From the NCBI GenBank assembly GCA_012295275.1, contig CM022679.1, forward strand, positions 1,364,001-1,428,000: DNA of 64,000 nt, given 5' to 3'. Under the pieces are notes generated by a model, which ran no database searches, was not told where the DNA came from, and saw only the letters and a program-made list of their open reading frames with translations. Shown here piece after piece: positions 1-57,128 of this stretch (positions are counted from its first letter, which is position 1; each line of letters starts with the position of its first letter). Both the position numbers and the translations under genes were made by a program. The DNA comes from Chrysomallon squamiferum (lineage: Eukaryota; Animalia; Mollusca).

Positions 1-43619
<43,619 letters not shown>

Positions 43620-45339
43620 AAAAATGAACACTTTTAACAAAAGAAAATTTAAAAAAAATGTAAAACTGTATTCTTTTTTAAAACAATTGTTATAGATTAT
43701 TAATAGATGAAATTAATGATAACTTAATCTGTTTTACATCCTGTTTTTAAAAAAACTCTTTCTTGCAAAAACTATTTTAATACAGAACAAAGAACTGTTG
43801 TGAAATACAGAACAAAATCTTTACAATTTTTAACAAATAATAATTAATAATTCGATATATTCATAAATAATCATTTTTATATGGTTTCTGTTTTTTTTAA
43901 TAATAATTCTGAATAATTTTACAAAACGATGAAGTCAAAAATATCAAACAAAAATGTTTAATATAAAACAGGATAAGAAATATTTTTGTCTCAATAAGTG
44001 TATGGGGTATATGACATTATTAAAATCACATAGATATTTATGATTTCTTAGATAAAAATTTTATTTTTTATTTTTTATGTATATGTGACAACTCTACTGG
44101 TTTTAACAGACATGATGTTGGAGGCTAATTTTTAGTTTTAATATTGAAACAGAATTAATGATTGTTAGAAGTATGTGTGTATTAACGTCTCTGTATTTGC
44201 ATAGCTCTGTTGTCTAGAGTTAATTTTTTCCCCAGTATATTTTGTGTTTTAATTGACTTAAGTACATATCAGTGTCCCACTGTCTGTCATTTCCAAATGT
44301 AATTTAAAACTCAGAAGGTTTTTTAAATTATTTTTGTCATTTCTACCTCATTAGGGTTTAATTTAATGTCAGTTTTACTTATTTATTTATTTATTTATTT
44401 GTTTATATTTTTATTTTTATTATTATTGTTATTGTTATTTATTATTATTATTTTTATTTATTTATTACTAGTGAATATTTGTAATATTGATTTATTTTAT
44501 ATTCTTCTTATGATGTTTAAGTACTTTACATACAAAAAGATATTTTGATATTCATAATATTAATATAAGGAATATAATGCTTCTTCAGTTTACATTATAT
44601 AATTCGTTTATTGTAAATATGTACACATATATATATATTTATTTACAAAAGGCTGTGAAATCCAAATTTTGTATTTGCATAAAGAATACCTGTGATATTT
44701 AATCTTTTCATAAATTACAGTGATACCTAGAAAAACACCAGTATTTATTACTTATTATTAAAATTATTATTATTATTATTTCTATTTCTATTTCTATTGT
44801 TATTGTTGTTGTTATTATTATTAATGCAGTAAAGTGCACCATTTTGTAGATTTATACTGTTGTAACTGACTGCATATTTTTATGTATAATTTGAAAAAGA
44901 GAACAGTGAAAACCATTTTGTTTTAGTTTTTTTTGTTGTGTTGGTTTCGCACCTGTTGTCCTGTTGTTTGAGATGTGTAAACGGCTGTGATATTTTTGTT
45001 GATGTTTCAGTGATCCATAAAATTAAATAAACCACGTGATAATCATTTCAGTGTGTTGATTATTCTGGTGTTGATTAATATGGATTATTTAATACAGTCA
45101 CTAAACAAGGATGATCGTCAAACCAGACCAAAACCAGACCAAACCAGACCAAACAAACCAGACCAACATTTTATTTTTTTCTAGCAGAACTGAACTACAA
45201 CAATAAAATTATAAAAATCAGTAGAATGAATTTCTTTCTATTTATTTGTTTTTTTTGTTTTTTTTTTTTTTTTTTCTTACTCATTGTTTATTTTATGGTT
45301 TAAATAAACACTTGGACTGTAGCCATAGATCCGATGATT

Positions 45340-45692
45340 TTGAAATATGGAAAACTTCCTGTTACAAGCATGCGGGGAAAGGGGATGCTGTCTGAATGTA
45401 TTAAAGTGAAAATGACGACTTTTCAGTTAATGGTTTTAATCAGTTAGTGCTGCCTGGTTTGTATCTGTAACGCGAGACCTGTAAAACCACAAATCTGCTA
45501 CAGAACAAAAAAAGAATAAAGAAAATAAGAAATCAACATGCACGTGCAGATGTGTTCATAACTGAAGACCGTGCAACACGATGACATTAGCAGTCACGTG
45601 ACAACATGAGCTGTAATAAATAACTCGACACGAGGTCAGTTCTCAGCGTTCTTCGGTTCTGGTTTCTTCTTTGTGCTGCGGAGTCTTTTCAT
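45340..45692 (+). promoter_or_regulatory. Putative promoter and non-coding exon 1 of the peptide/EF-hand gene
   Basis: kB-like GGAAAACTTCC 45349-45359, E-boxes CACGTG 45541 and GTCACGTGAC 45593-45602, TATA-like TAATAAAT ~45614, initiator TCAGTT 45636-45641, donor GTGAGT at 45693, acceptor AG at 45952-45953 one base before the ATG. Confidence 0.6.
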
Positions 45693-45954
45693 GTGAGTTT
45701 TAAAAATTATATTTATAAATTGATTAACTTCTAAATTTTTTCTTTTTATTACTTTTTTTCTTTTTTTTTTTTTTTATATATATTAAATTATATATATATA
45801 TATATAATTTTTGAACGAAGTATTTCATTATGTACTAAATTCCATTCAATTATGGATGATGCGCATGTTAATTGTTTGGTTTTGTTTCCTACGTTAACCA
45901 TCTTGTGGTGTAAAAATTCAAACACTGTGTACCGTTTGATGGTCTTTTAACAGA

Positions 45955-46982
45955 ATGAAGACCACGTATTTCTTGCTCGTTCTGTTGACCTTGACCTTGG
46001 TTCCTGAAAACGTGGACGGCTGGTTCTTCCGATCCGTGCGAAGAATTCGCGTCAGTCCGTATCACACACTTGGTTGTATGGCGGCCTGTAAGTGGGCCAG
46101 GAGCTGGGCATGCAAGGTGTGCAAGAGGAAGAGAGGACTGGACGTGCGAGCTCATCCAGCAGAGGTAGTTTGAAAATCTCGATACAGGATTAATTTAAAC
46201 GGTTTCAATAAGCTTCATCTGCTAACGTCTCGTACGAGTTTAAACTTTACAGAATATTTCTAAATTTCAGGATGCTGACGATGTCGCAGCTTTGAAAGAA
46301 CTGGATCTGGACGGAGATGGTTTTGCTGATGTACATGAAATCGCTGTAGCATCGGGTTTGAAACCCAGAAACATGGTTCAAATGAAAAAATTCCACGCTG
46401 CAGATAGAAATGGTAAGTGTTGATAGATCACAAATTTACGATCTTGTTATAATCGGATATACTTGAAACAATTTAACACTGTGCTAATTAATGAAATAAA
46501 CTAAATTGATAAATTATTATCAATGTAAATTGATAATTTGTTCAAAACTGTAGGTGACGGGACATTAAAACAGCAACGTAACAGTAAATGTTTACAATTC
46601 TTCCATTCGAAATTGTAGGTGACGGTAAACTGGACGCATCTGAATTGGACGACTTCAACTTCGTGGATAAAAATGAACGTAAGTAAAAATGTTCAGTAGA
46701 ATCGTGTTACCGACATTTAGCAGACCCAGTCTTGGTCATATTAACCACGTTCTAATTCCAGTCAACCGTGTCCATAAATTTAAATATACCATTTTAAATG
46801 TTCGGATCACTGAAATTTTAAGTGGTTTTTTTTTTTTTTTTTATTATTTTTTGGACTTGTCATAAATATAAAAATGTACAAGTTTGTTAAAATTAATACT
46901 GAATTTGTAAATACAATATTTTTAATTTGTAGTTGTAGAAGCGGTTGACGAAGACGGAGCTGATGAGGACGTCACACCATGA
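45955..46982 (+). CDS. Secreted 153-aa precursor: signal peptide + cationic 4-Cys peptide + KRKR + acidic two-EF-hand pro-region (candidate antimicrobial peptide); coding exons 45955-46164, 46271-46412, 46619-46678, 46933-46982
   Basis: The exons join in frame (210+142+60+50=462 nt) across GT-AG introns. Hydrophobic signal peptide ends VDG. EF loops DLDGDGFADVHE and DRNGDGKLDASE. TGA at 46980-46982, AATAAA at 47012. Confidence 0.85.
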
Positions 46983-47011
46983 ACCGCTAAACTAAAACTG
47001 GGTTGAAGGGT

Positions 47012-47017
47012 AATAAA
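47012..47017 (+). terminator. Polyadenylation signal of the peptide/EF-hand gene
   Basis: AATAAA 30 nt after the stop, followed by a GT/T-rich tract at ~47038-47050. Confidence 0.55.
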
Positions 47018-48376
47018 ATAAAAATTTGAAAAATTATTTGGTGTCTGTTTTAAACAATTTCCTTTAAAAAAACGAAAAGGTTAAAATCTACAACTGCTTA
47101 TGTCAAGAATTCATTAAACTGGGACATTTGACGATTTGTAGCAAACGGTTTAACTGTTAAAAATTCAAACGGAAAATGTATTTTCCGATGCTTCATTACG
47201 TGCGATGTCGAGTAGTTATACAAAGGAGCTCACTTTTTCAGCTTGCGAGCTTTTAAAATGACCGGGTTAAAATGATCTTGATCTATCTGTATTAAAAAAA
47301 ATGCTAATCACGTATATATTTTTATATATACTACTGAGTATACTATATATAATTTGAAAATGGTGATACTGATGTTTCGTGTTACGTTTACTTAATATAT
47401 TTGCGAAGAGAAACGTTGAATCGAGAGGACTAGATATTTAACTATTCGTCGGTGTCTTGTGCATGTTTTCTGTAAACATGTTTTATCTGCTGATCTCTAA
47501 GTACTAATAAAAATTCGATGAGGAAAAACGATCCTAATATATTAGCTGATCGGAAACGATCGATTAGTGATGATTACTATTCGTTAGCGCTTTAATATAA
47601 ATATATTACAAATAGGTGTTTATTTACCTATTTTATCTTAACAGGTTGTTGAAATGAAGTTTAAATAAAATAGTATCACCTTTTACAAACTTGATTCGTA
47701 GTCTGCATTTTTGTTCACTAAGAACAGTTATAACAGACTGAGTCGCTCCACCCTCGGTTGTCTGCTTGTTGCATTCTGCTGTTTGACCCATTCATTTTAA
47801 CTTTGCTATAATCTTTCTTATTTGTTTTCCATTTCTCGAACACGTACGTACATAGATATAATTACACAAAGAAAAGGCGAAGAGCAAACAAATGTCACAA
47901 AGGAAACGAGAGAACACATCAGTTACATTTTTTTTTTTTATTTTATGGAAATGTAATATTCTGACAGAGCTGAAAGAAACGACAAATATAGAATAAAAAT
48001 AATAAAATATAATTGCAAAACAAGTCGGTGTTTTAATATACGAACAACGGCGTAACCATAATTTATCAATATTTTATAATTTTATATGTAAATAAGAATT
48101 TAAAAAAAATTAAAAGGAACTCGCTGAAAAATGATTGCTATTTTTTTTTTTTTGTTAATTAAGAAACTAGAAAGAAATCAAAATCGATATTAATGTACTT
48201 AAATGATCAAAGAAACAAGTTACGTCCTAACTGTAGAATACTTTCTTCATCGTGTAAGTTTAATATCCTGAGTAGCAGCCTGATGAACAGGTTTCTCGTT
48301 AACATTAGAATGTGTCTTTATAAAAAGAAGTGTTGTAATGTCTGGAATGACCTATACAGATAGTTCTAAATTAAGG

Positions 48377-49465
48377 TTATGGTCGTAGTCTGAAAACTAA
48401 AATGTGAGACGCTTTCAGATCCCCGCAAGTTACGTACAAGTTGTCACTACTCGACACCGCCACACCTTGGGGATGTTGCAAGCCGTTACCGGATGTGACG
48501 ATGTTGTACAGGAACTCTCCTGCTTGCGAAAACACAGAAATTCTGTTGTTATAGTGATCGGCCACAAATATCTTCCCTGACGAGTCTGTGCAGACACCAC
48601 GAGGGAATTTGAAACATCCTTTCCCTTTGCCGTATTCCCCCATCTGTCTGAGGAACTTTCCAGATCCATCGAAAACCTTCACACAGTGATTACCCGAGTC
48701 GCACACGATTACCTCCCCTGACTGCGACACTGCAACGTACCTGGGTTGTTTGAACGGCAGACGTTCGTTTCTAAACTGCTCGAGAATGTCGCCGTCCACG
48801 TCGTGCAGGGTTACTGTGTTGGCCACGCTGTCGCAGATGACGAAGTGGCCGGTGTTGGTGGTGGCGATGCCACACGGTCTCTGAAAACGTGTGTTGCTAA
48901 ACGTACTGAGTACTTCGCCTGCCAAATCTATCACAGAAACAGTCTTAGTCTTGGTGGAAACGACGGCGAAGTTGTTCTCGGATGTGAGGGTTAAACCCCA
49001 CGGCTGCACCATCTCGTCTGAAACGTACATAGCGTTTGGGCGTCCGGTCTTAGAAAACACTTGCAGCTTGTTATTGACCAGATCGCTGATGACGATTTTA
49101 CCTTGTGACAGACAAATGACGTCCACTGCGTCCTGCAGCTGTCCGTACCCGTCCCCTTTCCCCCCCAGCGTCTTGTAGGGCGTCATCACCTTGTCGTAAC
49201 ACTCTGGTTCATCCGGTTCAACGAATCGTACGTGATTTATTTTCCTTTGTTCTGCGACCTCCGTTTCCTCTTCTCGACTCAGTTCATCCTCGCTGCTTTC
49301 TCCTTGCGACGTGCGTTCATTGTCGAGGCACACAACTCGCCCACGACTTGTGATAACGTTTATTACTTCACGCGGATCAGTCTTTGTCACGTAGTGTGAC
49401 GTATCCATTTTCTCCAGAATGACGTTTTCGGTGAGCTCTATATTTACGTCATGCTGTGACATCAT
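48377..49465 (-). CDS. NHL-repeat beta-propeller protein (TRIM2/3/71-like NHL region without RING/B-box), single coding exon
   Basis: 362-aa ORF with ~6 NHL repeats (F..P.G[IV]A....G...V.D..N..[IV].VF...G.F). In-frame TAG upstream of the ATG; minus-strand acceptor at 49529-49530 indicates a 5'UTR intron. Confidence 0.9.
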   Translation of the reverse strand: MMSQHDVNIELTENVILEKMDTSHYVTKTDPREVINVITSRGRVVCLDNERTSQGESSEDELSREEETEVAEQRKINHVRFVEPDEPECYDKVMTPYKTLGGKGDGYGQLQDAVDVICLSQGKIVISDLVNNKLQVFSKTGRPNAMYVSDEMVQPWGLTLTSENNFAVVSTKTKTVSVIDLAGEVLSTFSNTRFQRPCGIATTNTGHFVICDSVANTVTLHDVDGDILEQFRNERLPFKQPRYVAVSQSGEVIVCDSGNHCVKVFDGSGKFLRQMGEYGKGKGCFKFPRGVCTDSSGKIFVADHYNNRISVFSQAGEFLYNIVTSGNGLQHPQGVAVSSSDNLYVTCGDLKASHILVFRLRP

Positions 49466-49666
49466 GAATGTGCTCTGATGTGAAGGATGCTATGTAGGCT
49501 ATGCTGATTATTTTAATACAGGATCATCCTGAAACACAAAACAAAAAATATACTCAACACTGTATGTCACCATTTATATATCTTCAATTGACTTTTATAA
49601 TTTATTTCTTATTAATATGCTCATCACAATTCGCAAAAAAAACACACCCCAAAAAAACAACATTAT

Positions 49667-49729
<63 letters not shown>

Positions 49730-50844
49730 GAGACAGAGAGATACAGAGAGATACAGAGATACAGACACAGAGAGACAGAGACACAGAAAGAGACACACAG
49801 AGAGAGACACAGAGAGAGACAGGGAAAGAGAGAGGGGAGGGGTAGAGGGAGAGGGAGATGGGGAGGGGTAGAGGGAGAGGTAGATGGAGAGGGGGGAGGG
49901 AGCAGGGAGGAGTGATAAGTTAATATTTGCCTTTCCGCACACGTTAAAACAGATTACGATACAGAGTTAACACGATTAACACGGTTATTTCAGAAAAGAC
50001 TTTTAAACGTAATTTCAAACATGAATGTGAAACTGTGGTTTGTATACTGATGTTTGTTCAGTGTCATCGACAAAATTACAACACGACACTCACTGTTTTT
50101 ATATTTCTATTAAACAGAGGGAGAATAAACTGTATGAAAATATCTTACTTGTTAATATCTAACTTCATTATTAGCAAAGGATGGCCTGAATAACAAACAA
50201 GATGATCTCTTAATTTATTGTAAATTTAATTATGCTGTTATGTTCTCTTTTCTGATAAAACAGAAAAGTAATTTACGTAGTTAGCTGAACAAATGAAAAA
50301 TCACGTTTATAACACTGCAAAATCCACGATTCATTATTCTGTCTTTTATCAGGTCTTTGATGAAAAACATTTGCTGCTACTCAGCTCTAACACAAAATCT
50401 TGTCTCACACAGTAATTTAATACAATCCTGTTTAGATGTCAGCAAAAACAATATGTCACCCATTAATATATATGCATACATAAATGGGTGAAATATATAT
50501 GAACATATTACATCTAATAAAAAAGGCTAATTAACAAAAATATTGTTTCTTACCTTAGAGAATTTCTGTGAGAATATTTACCATATTAAAATACAATTAC
50601 AAACTAGTTAAACTATACAACACAATGAAAATAATCTCGGAAAATGTATAAAAAATATATATATTATATATATTTAGTGTTAAAAGTTATTTGCGTACTA
50701 ACACTCGAAATTTATGTCCCACTGATAAGGTTCTGAACGATGAAAGAAAATATAAAATTTATTGTACACTTGTAATACTGATCAAACAAAAAACTGACAA
50801 GATTAATAGTTACTGTTCAGAGAAATATAATAATAGTATTAGTC

Positions 50845-50949
<105 letters not shown>

Positions 50950-51424
50950 TAAAGAGATACAGATAAGTAGTTGGATGTCTACATCTTATATATCCTGTTT
51001 AAATGTGGCCTATTTTCAGCCAGTAGGTCAGTGTTATTACCGTATTTAATAAAATAAGAGATTTTAATACACAACAAAGCTAATGTACTGAACACACTAA
51101 TGAAATAATTCAATATGACGTAACAAAGCATTAACCACGGGTCATATTAACCCCTGTCTTGTAGAATGGAATTCAGTAATGTTTGCCTCACTGCGAGTAA
51201 AAACTCGTTACAAAGTCATAGCGTTTGACAGTTTGTTGTCATAAATAATTAACAGTGACAGGTGTGTTATATTTATTATTATTTTTTTTGTTTGTTTAAA
51301 TACATGTTGTAGAAGTTATAGCATCACTGTCATTCTTTGTACATAGAGCAAACCGTATTTGTGTTGTGAATGAACCAGTGTTAAACGACTGCTCAAAACA
51401 GAATGATAGTGAGAATTAAAAAAA

Positions 51425-51548
<124 letters not shown>

Positions 51549-52489
51549 TGTGTGTGTGTCTACATGCACGTTCCCACGTACATTAAGTACAAGATGATAT
51601 CAATTATCAGACTTCATACCCAGGAGGACTGAACAAACGAACAGTCCAGATACAACAAACTTTCTTTTTACTCTTTTTGAAATAAAAACCTTTCAGTTAG
51701 TTCTATTTACACTAAGCAAGTCGTTTAGGGAACGTCAAATCGTTTGATTTTATTAATGAAACATCTTGAAGAATGTTGAATGAAAATACGTTTTAAAAAG
51801 AAAAATAATTAATAAAAGAAAAAAGAGTGAAAGAGAAAAAGAAAAGAACATAATTGCAAAGATAAAAAAATATGAAAAGTAAAAAAATTAATGATGTGTT
51901 TGTTTTTAGCTGAGATGATAAAACCTCTTATTTCGTTTTAGATTTGAAGGAGGAGATTTTTAAGATGTTGTTTATTTCTAGTTTAAACTTTCTAAATTTA
52001 CAACACTGGTGCTTCTCTTATAAATCTGCTACAAAAAGAAAATAAATAAAAATAAATAAATAAGTAAATATTAAATAACTAAATAAACAACTAACTAACT
52101 AACTAACTAACAAAAGCAATACTCCACTCCTTAAATACTAAAATAATAAACTAAGAAATGACTTTATATAGATATCAGCGTATTATGTAAGTATGATAAT
52201 AAATATCGGTGTAATATGTCAGTATAAGAATAAATCTCAGCGTATTATGTATGATATTAAATATCAGTGTATTATGTATGATATTAAATATCAGTGTATT
52301 ATGTAAGTATGATAAGCGTATCCAGATTGCTTTAACTAAAACTGATGACTTGTTAACCGGGTTCCAAGTCGTGCACTACAGGGCTGCACGCCAGCGCGGA
52401 GAGAGTTAATTCTGTGTTAATGAGATGAAGCAAGACTTAAACTATTAAATTATCTGCGCACTCATCTGGTAGCACTTTCACATTTAATT

Positions 52490-52790
52490 CAGAAACATGT
52501 GGCAGAGATCACGTGTAGCAGGATCAATTCGCTGTTATACTCTTTCCCGTTCCAGATGGTGCTCATGAATCTGTTTGTCAAAGGCAATGGTATGCGTGTT
52601 TTTTTCAAATTTATAATGGGAAGGTACATATAAATGATGTTTTACTGCTAATCAGTAAGAGTAATCCGTTGTGTTAGGATGCTGGTTTTTTCTCTCATTG
52701 TCTATGTATTCCTCCACAGAAGGTGAGATGCCATATGATTGTAGATTTAAAATGTGTGAAGCATGTTCTTGAATATAAGTTTGTTATTTG
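52490..52790 (+). mobile_element. Degenerate Meta-domain SINE-like element; related fragments at ~6600-6745 (+), ~39270-39375 (-), ~55170-55460 (-)
   Basis: TTCCCGTTCCAG..GTGCTC...CAAAGGC.TGGTATG...GGGAAGGT.CATATAAA.GA....TGCTAATC resembles the MetaSINE central domain as I recall it. The fragments share TATAAAAGAACCCTTGCT/GGTTTCCT and CTGGAACGGGAAA segments. Not verified by search. Confidence 0.5.
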
Positions 52791-52871
52791 TTATTACCCA
52801 CAGTAATGAAGATAAAAATAATAAATTAAAATATATTAAAATTAGAAAAAAAAAATAATAATGAAAAATAA

Positions 52872-52929
<58 letters not shown>

Positions 52930-53494
52930 GTAAGAATAATAATAAGAATAATAATAATAATAAAACAAAACCAAACAAACAAACAAACAAATAAATAAAA
53001 TAAATACATAAATAAATAAATATAATAAAATAGAAAATAAAAAATAAACTAGTCCTATAACAACAATATAATACAAATTAAATTTATCGGAAGATATTTA
53101 TTTCAGCTGCTATATTCAAGACACCGGCAGCCTATTTTAGTAGTCTAAGTAGATAAAAAGACTTTTAAAAATACACTAATCGTTCTGTAATAGCTTCCAG
53201 CCTTAGTCAACGAAACCCGGTTTTCTAGAATTACAAGAAAAATTTTTCCTTTGATATTAAAATATGTTTCGTGTGCTTCCGAACATGCCATCATTAATCT
53301 AACTACAGCATCCCTGATCTTGACGCCTACTTCATGGTTCTCGCAAATGGAAGTAAATTAATTAACTTTAATAGCAGCTCTGTCGTGTACAGATAATTAT
53401 AACCTCATGTCCTTGATACAGTGGAAATTATTAAGTATGAAAACTGCTCGTGTTATGTGTAGACCTGCAATGCTTTCTTCACTCGAAAAAATAA

Positions 53495-53850
53495 AAACGT
53501 GATAGTTTCATGGGATAAAAATTTGACAGGGTAAAAATAAGAGCACGTAATAGTTTGTCAGGGTAAAAACAAGAACACGTAATAGTTTGACAAAGGGTAA
53601 AAATAAGAACACGTAATAATTTGAAAGGGTTAAAATAAGAACACATAATAGTTTGACAGGGTAAAAATAAGAATACGTAATAGTTTGACAGGGTAAAAAT
53701 AAGAACACGTAATAGTTTGACAGGGTAAAAATAAGAATACGTAATAGTTTGACAGGGTAAAAATAAGAACACGTAATAGTTTGACAGGGTAAAAATAAGA
53801 ACACGTAATAGTTTCACTGACAAAAATGGGAAATCGTAATAGTTTCATCC
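53495..53850. repeat. 32-bp minisatellite (AATAGTTTGACAGGGTAAAAATAAGAACACGT), ~10 copies
   Basis: Direct reading; it explains the minus-strand periodic ORFs. Confidence 0.92.
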
Positions 53851-54364
53851 AGCAAAAAACAAAACAGAAACAAAACAAGTACACACATATGACTGTACAA
53901 CCAGTATACAATTAATTAGAACAGACAGTGTTGTGGTCTTACACTTTCACTATTAACTACTGTGTAGAAAGCGGTACGAGGGTTTGACCTCGGTACCTAC
54001 CAGTCTGAGAATCGAGAGGCGAACCAGTTTGAGCAGACAGCAGTGACAGTTTACCTGAGACAGGTGTGTTGACTTTGTCACATTGACCGTCACGTTCCAG
54101 CGTTTATGAGTAAACATTGTGGACATGATTTGTTAAACGTTCATCAAATTTCATTTCAAAACAGGGTGGATCCAGACTCTGTGAGAACGGGTGGGGTGGG
54201 GAGTTCTAGGGAAGGGCTTGCTACATAAAAGTTTCAATAACGGTTACATTCATTTACTTTAAAACTGTCACAAATACACGTACACAAATAATATAAACAT
54301 TAAACTCTATACAAATTAATAAATGTATACACAATTACTGAGAGAGAGTGACAGAAAGAGAAAC

Positions 54365-54447
<83 letters not shown>

Positions 54448-55267
54448 AATATGGAATTATTTTGTAACAACATATGGCCAATGTATAGCTCACACAACGT
54501 CAATAGATTAAGTTACGCAGCTGAAATGAAGTAAATCGTCTGAGGTAAAAAAGGATACATGTATTATTACATTACTGACTTACACCACAAATTTAAGCTA
54601 TGTTTAAAAGTCGTAAAAATATAAATAAACAAGATTTGGCGTCAGAGAATGTTACGTGTTTTTGTTTTAATGAATCGCTTCGTTTCGAACGTTCCAGTTT
54701 CCTTGACATTATTTCTCAGACGCAGAACCCTCTCGAAATTCAGAATTTCTTTCGCTCATAAAACGTTTATTTTAATAACCCAGAAAGTAAGATGGTTTGA
54801 AAGTGTGTCCAGTTAGTTTTACATGAACATCAGCTTATCGTTAATGGAAATAACGCATGATTATCATAATTATGTAAAAACGTGTGAAGCAGCAAATGCA
54901 AGCACTACATTGATAATTTATATAATCAACAACATCGTCAAATACCAGTCAGGTTTTATTATGTCATAATTACAGTTATCTTTAATGATTAGTGCTCATA
55001 CTTTTAGATATACAACATAGAGACATTAGTCATATTTACTGCTGTATTTATGGCTGTATTAATTCTGTGTAAATTTACAGTTCTGTTCTCATGACCAAGG
55101 ACGCGCTTAATTTAATAACACAACAAGAAAACCTTTTACTGACTCATTTGTCTAAAATAGCATACAGGTAATGTGAGAAACAACACGCTACAGTTGCACT
55201 AGGGCTACCCTTTAAAAAATAGTTTAAAAATAATAACTACTACAACAACAACAATAATAATAATACA

Positions 55268-55302
<35 letters not shown>

Positions 55303-55993
55303 AAACAAACTAACAAACAAAAGCAAAAACCCCAGCAAATTTGTTTCTTCAGGCATCATAACTATCAGAAATCACGTATTTTTATTAAACTTGTCGCCCA
55401 GCACAACAAACAATAACATTTTGCGGAGCTCTGACTGGAACGGGAAATAGACCAGTGAGTACAGTGATCTCACCAAACAAAATCATGCTGGCAAAAAAAA
55501 CACAACAAGAACAGTCATTAAACAGACGTTTTAGTTAAATCTAAGAATAACATTCCAACTTCTGAGTCGATGACGTTTGTTTCTTAAGTATTTACGTGTT
55601 CTTTTAAATTAAAAATGGTGGAACGCTAGACGAGTAGGTATATAAATTAAGATACGATTTAACACAAAAATTATCTTCGAAGCGACGGATTTAAGGTGTA
55701 CAATTTAAAAAACACGACTTACTTAATTTGTGTCGAAGTGTATGCGCAGTAGCTGATTTATGAAAGATTTAAATCTTTATCTTCAACAGGCTATGATTAC
55801 GTAACTTGGATTTTATCTGACATATTACAGACAAACTGTTTTTTTCTCTTTACTGAAATTATTATATACAGCGTGTTTAATAGCATTAAGAACAGAAATA
55901 CCAGAAACAACAACAAAAACGAAACAAAAATCAACTCAGCAAAGACGATGACTACAACAACTGTATTACTGTATTATACTGTATTAGTATGAC

Positions 55994-56080
<87 letters not shown>

Positions 56081-56799
56081 AATAATCACTTTAAAAAAAA
56101 ATATTACCTTACAACTGTGTGAAATTCTTGTTTTCCGCACTCAGTAGTATTTTATAAACAATCCTGTTGTTGATGTGACGTTTTAAATTCAACAGTTCCT
56201 CTATAAATAATAAAATCTCCTCCAATTTATAAACACGTGATCAGATTACTGGATAAACAACGGATCACGTTCAGTTTGGTAACCCAGGTGGAAAAAAAAA
56301 AAAAAAAGGTTAAAAAAAAGATCAAAACGACATTTCACAGCGCAGCCATTCATACACGAAGGCGTGTGTTTCAGTGTGACAGTGAGATGTGTCTCTGTTT
56401 GTCACATTTCTTTCTAACACGCCATTACTCCGCAGCCCCGTGGAACAGGCGGGCGAGTCGAGGGTCACGTGCAGACCAAGTGAGGACTGCGGCGGTCAGT
56501 CGGGTCGGGTGACGTTTTCAGATCTCGTGCTGTAACACAGCCAAACTAGGCTAAGGCGTAGTTAGGGCGAGGGTGGGTGGGGTACAAATGGTGACCGACT
56601 GCTGGAGGGGAGGTGGTTTGAGGGTTAACGTGGTTTTGAGGGCGAAATGAAGGCGCGGATAAAGAAGTGTGACCATAAATATTCTTTCTGTTAATTATTC
56701 AGCACAGAAAACTTGCAAACCATGTCACCAGAATAATGTTATTAGAATTAACTGTTTTAGATTTAACAGTAACTGATACTGCTACTGCTACCACTACTA

Positions 56800-56836
<37 letters not shown>

Positions 56837-57091
56837 GGTCAGTACTACTACTGCTACTGCTACTGCTACAGCTACTACTACTACTGCTACTGCTACTGCT
56901 ACTGCTACTGCTACTACTACTACTACTACTACTACTGCTGCTACTACTACTACTACTACTACTGCTACTACTACTACTACTGTAAATAAATGCGAGTTCG
57001 TCTTCGACCCACAATGCCAGTATAATTTACTAGAAAAAATACTAACAATGATAAATAATGAAACACCTCCATATTTATTTTTCTATTTATT

Positions 57092-57128
<37 letters not shown>

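Noticed and set aside
53930-54035. tRNA-like sequence
   Set aside because: Only a degenerate B-box-like stretch with no cloverleaf; more likely a decayed SINE head.
56736-57125. Thr/Ala-rich mucin- or antifreeze-like ORF
   Set aside because: (CTA/CTG)n microsatellite without a signal peptide or credible splice context.
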